From assembly GCA_963575745.1 (NCBI GenBank), contig CAUYUJ010000003.1, positions 496,001-560,000 of the forward strand: a stretch of 64,000 bases of DNA, in the 5' to 3' direction. The position numbers and the translations under genes are program-made. The notes below the pieces were generated by a model. That model was not told the DNA's origin and did not search any database. It saw only the letters and a program-made list of their open reading frames with translations. Position 1 is the first letter of the stretch; the number at the start of each line of letters is the position of its first letter. The DNA is from Prorocentrum cordatum. Its lineage: Eukaryota. Below, piece after piece: positions 55,455-64,000 of the stretch.

Positions 55455-57050
55455 GCCTTGGGGACATTCACGACGGAAATGTTGTGAGCTATGGCAGATA
55501 TGATGTTCCATGGTTTTCCGAGTGGCATCCTTCGGGGTACTCTGACGTCCCTTGCCCTTTTCCTGAGGTGCGCCTACGGCCTTCGCCCGCCCCAAGGAAC
55601 ATGTCTTCGTATTGTGGTCCAGTAAAGGATGCCAAGAATGCCAACATAACTTTGTCCATGTAGTCGCCGTCGTTTGCCTTTACCCTTGCCTCTACCCTTG
55701 CCCATTGCTCTGAACGCCCGTCGGATAGTACGTCGTAACTTACGAACTGGTTTCTTCATCAAGCGTCTCCAGCGGCGATTATGTTTCTGGTACCCTAGAA
55801 ATAACCACTGCGCCTGTTGCTCTTCTGTGAGATACGTGGGCATGTCGGAAGAATATGGAACACCAGATCGTTAATCTGATGAAGTGTCGGCGTCGGCCCC
55901 AGAGACAAATTCAGATCCGGCGGTTTGCCCCGCCGACCCTGCAAGGGCAGTGGCTTGGGCAGGGGCCGCCGTTGCCGACGGCCCCTTATATCGAACCCAG
56001 GAGTCTTGCGACTCCGTAGGCTGGCCACCATGTTGAGCTAATAAGGTAGTGGCTTCTGTTGGTTGTGGATCTCGTTCCAGACGTTGGTAGCAGGTTGCCC
56101 TGCATTGGTATCAGTGTGAAAGGCTTCGGTACGATGACCGTGGCTAAATATACCACCAATGTTGGCAGGGGGTCGCTCAGCAAACAGAACATCGGACCTC
56201 ATGCGTTCTAGTAGAGCGCCGGACGGTTGCTGGTTCTTGGCATTTGGTGGCTGGGTGGTTGCAGTAGCTGTCGTGCGCGCGACGTACCCGCCCCCAGAGC
56301 CCTGAACAAGATGACTATCAGGATCTGGAAATTGGGGGCATTGAGGCCCGCGGTCTCGGCCTCGAAGCGTGCTATCTCCAAGCGCGCGAACGTCCGGTCG
56401 ATCCGCTCTCCAGCATGGACGCGAAGGTCGATGAGAGCCGTTCCTGAATTCAGTTGGCGCTCCTCCTCTAGATGTTCAAACTTAGTGCTGAGGAGAAACA
56501 TGATATAGGTGGCGCCGTCAGCGTGGCGACCACCAGTGCACGCCAAAGTTGAAGGCACTCTCATGGCTATGGTCCTTGCGAGCCCTCCCAAGCCACGCTG
56601 TAGCGCTGCGGCCTGTTGGGAAGGGGTCATGGTGCTTGTGGTCACGTTGATCCCAAGGTGTACCTCGCGAGCGAATTCGCGGAATGGTACATTACGGGCA
56701 GGGCCCCAATGGGGGCCGGTAGTCCGTGCGTCGTCTCCACCACGGTGCGTGTGCCCCACAGCACACCCGATAGCGACCCACAGGAGACCAAATATGGTAA
56801 TGCCAATCCAATGGCCCTTGAAGTCGTGGTCGGACGTTCGTGGCTGGGGGGTGTGGTGTGTTGTAGTTAACCCTCGTGTGTTGGGGGGGGGGCACAATGT
56901 CACATCGCATGTTGCCATGCATGGTATCTTCAAAACAACTTCAAATTGGAGTAGGAGGGTGGACTTCAGGAGTGCAGTAGCGCTGGGAAGTATGACTCGT
57001 GTAAGTGTCCTTGACTCATGGCCTCCGCGAGAACGGAGGTAGCGCTGCAA
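55455..57050 (-). pseudogene. gag-like capsid region + basic GKG tract + CCHC zinc knuckle
   Basis: TGPHWGP...PFREFAREV...QQAAALQRGLGGLAR...GERIDRTFARLE, then KGRGKGKGK and HICHSSQHFRRECP (~55460-55505). Confidence 0.72.
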
Positions 57051-57969
57051 GTGTCCTTGCGGTTGTGCGTTGTTATGTGCATTCCTCCGCGCAGACCCGC
57101 TGCGCCCTGATGTTCCGCCATGTCAGTAGTCCACCAGATAGTGGCGTTTCTTTTCTCTCACCGGACGAGCCACCAACAAGATGCCACCACCTGCGAACGC
57201 TGCACGCCGCTGCAGCCACACTGCGCCGCAGCGTGAGACGGAGGATCGGATGGAGGGCGGCGGGATTGCTCGACACCGCGTGCTGCTCCGAGACGCAGAG
57301 TCCAACTGAGAGCCACGGCGCCAGGCGAGGTGGGGGGAGGAGGTGCGCGAACGAGCCCTAAGAAAAAAAAAGAGAGGCGGAGCAGAGGGGGCCGAGGAGG
57401 GAGCGAGGGTAGCTCAGCCGCCAACATTTCGGCTGACCCACACGCCGACGGCTTTAAAGTCGGGCCCCTGCCAGAAAAATCAAGCACTGGCCACAGAAGG
57501 AGGCGCAGAAGGAGGGAGGAGAAGCCGAGAGACGTGCGCGACCCCACTCAGCGCAGCCAGTGAAACAGTGCAATGCTGAAATAAAGGGAGCAAGAGGAGA
57601 CAGAGAGAGGACGAGAGAAGAAGAGAAGGCAAAGAAGACAAACAAACAGTGTTGTGACGGGTAATCATAAAAGGCGACTGCAACCGGCGGACGCTGGAAG
57701 CTCGCTGAGTAACAGGAGCCCGCGCAGCGGGAGTGCCCGTCGCATGCACGCGCACAACTATAAATGCACAGAACAAGGCCGAAGGAAGGCCAGGGGAAGG
57801 GAGAGGGGAGCAGAAGGAAGGTGAAGCAGCGACGCATCGCGCATCACTGAGGGAAACTCCAGACTGCCGCCAGCGGCCGACCTCAGAAGGCGAGGCCGAT
57901 GGACGAGAACATGATGTCCCAGTGAGTGGCCCTACCACCACCCCATAAGGCGCACCCCATCCGCTCAAC

Positions 57970-60772
57970 GACCATCGTACTGCTCGCCGACCTTCTGTGC
58001 GTGATGGTATTGCTGGTACCCGTCGTGCTCGTCCCACTCGTGGTGCTGCTTTCGGTCGTACTGCTCGCCGACGTGCTGGGCGTAGTGGTGCTGCTGGTCT
58101 TGGTCGTGCTCGTCACACCCGTAGGGCTGCTCTCGGTCGTACTGCTCGCCGACGTGCTGGGCGTAGTGGTGCTGCTCGTACTCGTCGTGCTCGTCACACT
58201 CGTGGTGCTGCTTTCGGTTGTACTGCTCGCCGACGTGTCGGGCGTAGTGGTGTTGCTGGTGCCGGTCGTGCTCGTCCCACTCGTGGTGCTGTTTTCGGCC
58301 GTCCTGCTCGCCGACGTGATGAGCGTAGGGGTGTCGCTGGTGCTGGTCGTACTTGTCATACTCGTTGTGCTGCTTTCGGTCGTACTCTCCGACGTGCTGG
58401 GCGTAGGGGTGCTGCTGGTACAAGTCGCGCTTGCCACCTTCCTGGGGTTACTCTCGGTCGTACTGCTCGCCGCTGTGCTGGGCGTAAGGGCGCTGTTGGC
58501 ACCGGTCGCGCTCGTCCCACCAGTGGTGCTGCTCTCGGTCGTACTGCTCGCCGACCTGCTGGGCGAAGTGGTGCTGCTGGTGTCGGTCGCGCTCGTCACG
58601 TCCTTGGTGCCGCTCTCGGTCGTACTGCTCGCCGACGTGCTGGGCTTGGTGGTACTTCTGGTAGCAGTCGCGCTCATCACGTTGGTGCTGCTCTCGGTAG
58701 TACTGGTCGCCGACGTGCTGGGCGTAGTTGTGTTGCTGGTGCCGGTCGTGCTCATCATACTCGTGGTGCTGCTCTCGGTCGCTCTGCTCGCCGACGTGCT
58801 GGGCGTGATGGTGCTGCTGGTACCGGCCGCGCTCGCCACACTCGTGGTGCTGATTTCAGTCGAGCTGCTCGCCGATGTGCTGGGCGTCGCGGTGCTGCCG
58901 GCACCAGTCGCGCTCGTCACATCTGTGGTAATGCTCTCGGTCGTACTGCTCGCCGACATGCTAGGCGTAGTGGTGCTGCTGGCATCCGTCGCGCTCGTCA
59001 CACCCGTGGTGCTGCTTTTGGTCGTACTGCTCGCCGACGTGCTGGGCGTAGTGGTGCTGCTTGTAGAGGCCGCGCTCGTCACTCTGGTGGTGCTGCTCTT
59101 GGGCGTATTGCTCGCCGACGTGCTGGGCGTAGAGCCGCTGGTGCCGGTCGTACTCGTCATACACATGGTGCTGCTCTCAGGACTCTCCGATGTGCTGGGC
59201 GTAATGGTGCTGCTGGTGCCAGTCGCGCTCGCCACACTTGTGGTGCTGTTCACCGTTGTACTGCTCGCCGTCGTGCTGGGCGTAGTGGTGCCGCTGGTAT
59301 CCGTCGTATTCGTCATACTCATGGTGCTGCCCTCGGTCGTATTACTCTTAGTTACGCTAGACGTAGTTGTGCCGCTGATAGCGGTCGCACTCGTCGTACT
59401 CGTGGTGCTGCTCTCGGTCGTACTGCTCGCCGACAAGCTGGACGTAGTGGTGCCGCTGGTTCCTGTCGTACTCGTCATGCTCGTGGTGCTGCCTTCGCTC
59501 GTACTCCTCGCCGACGTGCTGGGCGTAGTGGTGCCGCTAGTACCCGTCGTACTCGTCATATTCGTTTTGCTGCTCTCGGTCGTACTACTCTCCGACGTGC
59601 TGGGCGTAGTGGTGCTGCCAGTAGCAGTCGTGCTCGTCATAGCCGTGGTGCTGTTTTCGGTCGTACTGCTCGCCGACATGCTAGGCGTAGTGGTGTCGCT
59701 GGTGCTGGTCGTACTCGTCGTACTCGTGGTGCTGCTCTCGGTCGTACTACTCTCCGCCGTGCTGGGCGTAGTGGTGCCGCTGGTACCGGTCGTGTTCGTC
59801 ATGCTCGTGGTGCTGCTCTCGGTCGTACTACTCTCCGAGGTGCTGGGCGTAGTGGTGATGCAAGTAACGATCGTACTCATCATATTCGTGTTGCTGCTTT
59901 CCGTTGTACTGCTCGCCGGCGTGCTGGGCATAGTGGAGCCGCTAATACAGGTCGTACTCGTCATACTAGTGGTGCTGCCCTCGGTCGTGCTGCTCGCCGC
60001 CGTGCTGGGCGTAGCGGTGCCGCTGGTACTGGTCGTACTCGTAACACTCGTGGTGCAGCTCTCGGTCGTACTACTCCCACCGTGCTGGGCGTAGTGGTGC
60101 TTCTGGTAGCGGTCATAGTCGTCTTACTGGTGGTGCTGCTCTCGGTAGTACCGCTCGCCGACGTGCTGGGCGTAGTGGTGCTGCTGATACCAGTCGAATT
60201 CGCCCTACCCGTGGTGCTGCTCTCGGTCGTACTGCTCGCCGACGTGCTTGGCGTTGTGGTGCCGGTGGTGCCGGTCGCAATTGTGATGCTCGTGGTGCTG
60301 CTCCCGGTCGTACTGCTCGCCGACGTGCAGGGCGCGGGGGTGCCGCTAGTACGGGTCGTTCTTGAGATACTCGTGGTGCTGCTCTCGGTTGTACTGTTCG
60401 CAGACGTGTAGGGCGTAGTGGTGCCGTTGGTACTGGTCGCAATCGTGATACTCGCGGTGCTGCTCTCGATCTTACTGCTCTCAGACGCGCTGGCCGTAGT
60501 GATGCCGCTGGTGCTGGTCATCCTCGTAATACTCGTGGTGCTGCTCTCGGTCGTACTGCTCGCCGACGTGCTGGGCGTGGAGGAGCCGCTGGTACTGGTC
60601 GTATTCGTCATGCCCGTGGTGCTGCTCTCGGTCGTACCTTTCTCCGACGTGCTGGGCGTAGTGGTGCCGCTGGTGCAGGTCGCCCTCGTCATACTCGTGG
60701 TGCTGCACTCGGTCGTCCTGCTCGCCGACGTGTTGTGCGTTGTGGTGCCACTGGTACCTGTCGCACTCGTGG
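57970..60772 (-). repeat. 81-bp tandem array (~34 units) with Ser/Thr-rich mucin-like reading frame
   Basis: 81-bp period (ctcgccgacgtgctggg at 58064 and 58145). The minus frame reads STTTPSTSASSTTESSTTSVT..., in ORFs 57883-59964 and 59961-60884 separated by a frameshift near 60075. Confidence 0.95.
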
Positions 60773-60776
60773 ATGG

Positions 60777-61088
60777 TGAGGAGTAGAGCCCGAGCTGGCC
60801 ACCATAGGCCAGCTCCGCCACCACGTTTGAAGGAGGTTGGGAGGCCCAACCAAAAGCTTCGCCGAAGGCGAAGCACATATCCAACTCTGTTGTACCGTAG
60901 TACCGATAGTCCCAGAACTAAGAGATCGTCGCGAGAGCGACGGGCCGTGCCAAGCGACAATGTTTTCGGCCTCAATGGCAAGTAGTGTGCCTCGCGATGA
61001 GGCGCAGTCATATGTTGGCGGCCGGCCGCTTGAGCAAAAATCGGCCGCGGACAAACGCTCGCTATCTCTCGCCTTTGCCGCAGCCTCA
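60777..61088 (-). repeat. Candidate 5' LTR (312 bp) with TGAGG...CCTCA termini
   Basis: Begins TGAGG (60777) and ends CCTCA (61088), giving canonical TG...CA with a 5-bp inverted repeat. Homologous to 42694-42955. Confidence 0.65.
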
Positions 61089-61443
61089 TTTAGAGTCACG
61101 CATCCAGGACGGCCTCCAAAGGGATCCAAAACGGAGCCCTGGGGCGTCGTCTAAGACGGGGGTGTGGACTCCGGCCCTCGCAGAGTTGCCCAGGAGCCTC
61201 CGAGAGCCAATCTAGACGCCAGGTTCTTTCATGCTGCACCAAGGTCTTGACTTCACCCCCCCCCGATTTATGTACATATATACACACAACACACACTTAA
61301 TCACGCGCCCGCGCGCCGGCTTCGCGCGCTTAGGCTCTAGGCCAGGATGTCGCATCACACTCTGTCATGCAGAATCGTTACGTGAGGCGTTTGCGAAGCT
61401 TGCTCGCCGACCTCATACAGTGGGTTCCTGGAGGACGACCACG

Positions 61444-61564
61444 TGGGGTCGGAGGATCGCGCCGCATCGCCGATACATCGGCGACGGCGAAGTGGAGAAG
61501 GACGGGCTCCCTATCGCACCCCATCGCCGATTCATCGGCGATTCGTCGTGCTCCTCCGACCCCA
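61444..61564. mobile_element. MITE-like element, second copy of the 1428-1577 family
   Basis: Perfect 13-bp TIR TGGGGTCGGAGGA / TCCTCCGACCCCA; shares tcgcgccgcatcg and catcggcga with the first copy. Confidence 0.6.
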
Positions 61565-62271
61565 TCCACTCTTGCACCGCTTGGCCGATCCCGACAGCCC
61601 TGAGCGAGACATGACGACGCCTCGCTGTTACTTCGTCGTCTTCCGCCTCAGCATGGGGACCAAAACGGGCCCTGCAGAAACCGGGTCCTGGACCCTCGAG
61701 CCTTCCCCCAGGACGAGTCCTTCATCCTGCATCGCTTTCTGGCGGTCCCGGGGCCCATGGAGGGCCCCGAGAGCCCGAAAAACGGCGAGCAACCTCCGGG
61801 CCCGTTTCCCTCAGGACCTGTTTCCCCCGCTGCGACCGCCGGCGGACCCGCCGCCGCTCTCCCTCGACCGCCCTCTGCAGGCCTCCCACCAGCGTTCGTC
61901 GAGGGCGGGGATGCGCCGAAGGCGAGGGGCCCTGCCGGGAGCGTCCCATTCGGGGAGCCTGGGCCACGCGCGCACCGCACACGCCGTGCGGTCCAGGGCA
62001 GCTTAGGCACGCCAGCACAAGCACGCCAGGCACACCACGATGCGCCACGACCCTCACGCACACCAGCAGCAGGCACACCACGCAACCGCGCACAACGCAC
62101 ACGCCTGTCATCATTGCCAGATTCGGCTCCCAACTGTCTGTTGCCTCCTCCGTTCTCTCCTCTGCTTTCCTCCTCCATTGTGGTCCGTTCCCCCCTCCGT
62201 TTTCCTGTCCTCAACCTTCCCACCCCGCCTTCTGCTTGTTCTCCTTGTCCTTCTCCCTCCTCCACCTTGTT

Positions 62272-62325
62272 CTCCTCCTCCTCCTCCTCCTCCTCCTCCT
62301 CCTCCTCCTCCTCCTCCTCCTCCTC
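62272..62325. repeat. (CCT)n microsatellite
   Basis: Directly visible. Confidence 0.95.
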
Positions 62326-64000
62326 TCCCCCCTTTTCCTTCCGTGCTTCCGTTCATGCCTCCCTCCCCATCGCCGTCCCTTCCACCCATTCCACATCCCT
62401 TCCATGGAAAACGGACGAAGGAGAAGTAAGGCTATCTCATCCTCCTCCTCCGCTGACTCATTCGTGGAAATTTCATGCCGCCTGATTGTTATCGCCTTGT
62501 GGCCCTATGAGACCGCATTGCGGTCTTCTTGGGTCGGCCCTCTTGGCTGTCATGGGGCCCTACGGCTTCACCTTGTCTTCCTCCTATGGGACCCTGGCGG
62601 CCTTTTGGGGTTATCTCGGAAACATGTTGGGAAAATATCGTGGGGACATGTTGGAACAGGCTTGGTGCCCTCTGGGCCAGTCGCGGGTACCCCAGGACGC
62701 CCCCTTGGGCTCTCTCTGGGCAGGCCTGGGCCGTCTTGAACCCGATGCCCGAAACAAATCAAAGAATTTAGATATGTTATTGCCTAGCTTGGGCTACTCT
62801 TGAAACCATCATGCAGCTCTCTTGGGGCCATGACGGACTTGTTTGGGAGCCTCTTTGGTTATCTGGTGGTCTCTCCTCTGGGGCCTTCGTTGGGACACCC
62901 TTGCAGGCACCTGGGCTGTCTCAAAGCTACTCTTGGAACCCTCCGAACGGCCCGCGGCCCGCCCAGACGGGCCCGGAAACTCCCCCGACCCCCCTCCCTC
63001 GGGGGGGCCCTTTTCCCCATGGGGGGTCGGGGCCTACGATTCCGGAGAACGCGTATACTCGCGAAGCGCACGCGCTGCGGAATGAGGCCCGATAGGTGCA
63101 GAGGTGCGGGAAGAGGACAGAAAAGGGGGGGCATCCGAACGGAAAACATGGCGGGAGAGTGGGGTCACCATGCCACGGGCACTTCTGCATCTGACATGGC
63201 AGCGCTGCTGGACGCCTCAAACTCTGAAGGTTGAACCCCGCTTCTGCCGCCAGAAGATAGACGCACGTGGACAGTGCAGAAGACGACTCCGTGACAGACT
63301 GAGTCGTACAAGCAAAAGCGACGCCATGGTGTGTACATAAAAGGGGCAGGCCGAAGCAACCAAGACCCCGCCCGCAAATCAATACACAGGACTATTCATG
63401 TTGTCCGTCCTTCTGCTCATCTGATCGCCCCTCCTCCAGAAAAGAAAGGGGCAGCCGAGACACAACGGTGGTCGCGTGCAACTGTAAAGCATACTCGCGA
63501 AGAGCAGGCCGACTGCGACAATCGCGCGCATGGGTGTGTGAGCAGTTTGTTCTATGGTTCCTGCGGCGGCCTGCAAGTGCGCCAGGATTCCAATCAACCT
63601 AGTTTGGGTTTGCTCTGGTCACTCAAAGCCTTGCGTCTCATCCTTCTCATCCTCAGGTTCTCCTCCATCCCAATGTCCCCCTTCGTAAATTCCTACGCAA
63701 TGCGCCGTGGTACTGACCGTTACTAACCGATAAAGGTGCGCTGGCGCGCCTGCTGCCTGCACTGCCCAAGGTTGGGCGCGAACCGGTTGCGATACTGCCA
63801 AGCAAATGCGGCACATCTCTGGCAACGGCATCAATCATTGCGGGTCTTATGTCGTGGCAGCGCACATGAGCACCGCGATGGCACTGGTGCTCCAGGAGCA
63901 GACACCACAAGAAACCCTTCGAACTTGCTTCGAACATACTTTGGTGGACGTACAGTGCTTTGCCTTTTCAGATGGGCATCGCGCGGGGCATGTGCGGCAG

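Larger units (their letters stand above)
42694..61088 (-). mobile_element. Giant decayed Ty1/copia-order LTR retrotransposon with cargo domains
   Basis: Minus-strand order: gag - Zn knuckle - Tpt1-like - RING - protease - 2x DNMT-like - integrase - RT - RNase H, bracketed by direct repeats. Integrase before RT is the copia order. The coding core (43104-57050) is well supported; the outer limits are less certain. Confidence 0.8.

Noticed and set aside
57926..60411. 722-aa Val/Leu 'membrane protein' and 804-aa Arg/Ala ORFs on +
   Set aside because: They are antisense shadows of the 81-bp array.
63100..64000. Possible exon or TE fragment at the right edge
   Set aside because: Only short ORFs with no motif I can recognise.

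Overview
This is a repeat-saturated, GC-rich eukaryotic window. Its repeat families and retroelement types resemble a dinoflagellate (Prorocentrum-like) genome, which is an inference only. I found no intact conventional gene. The main structure is a very large, decayed Ty1/copia-order LTR retrotransposon on the minus strand. Its gag-pol spans ~43.1-57.05 kb, and candidate LTRs lie at ~42.69-42.96 kb and 60.78-61.09 kb. Besides gag, protease, integrase, RT and RNase H, the polyprotein carries unusual cargo: a Tpt1/KptA (RNA 2'-phosphotransferase, ADP-ribosyltransferase fold) domain, a RING-H2 finger and two tandem C5 DNA-methyltransferase-like domains. An 81-bp Ser/Thr-coding array sits between the upstream LTR and gag. 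The window also contains a 5'-truncated LINE RT fragment, a disrupted ORF with a possible relict spliced leader at the left edge, Helentron-like CCAAGA-rich elements, MITE-like hairpins, several tandem arrays (~230, 90 and 81 bp units) and long microsatellites. All domain calls come from motifs recognised by eye in translations; no searches were run, and boundaries are approximate.
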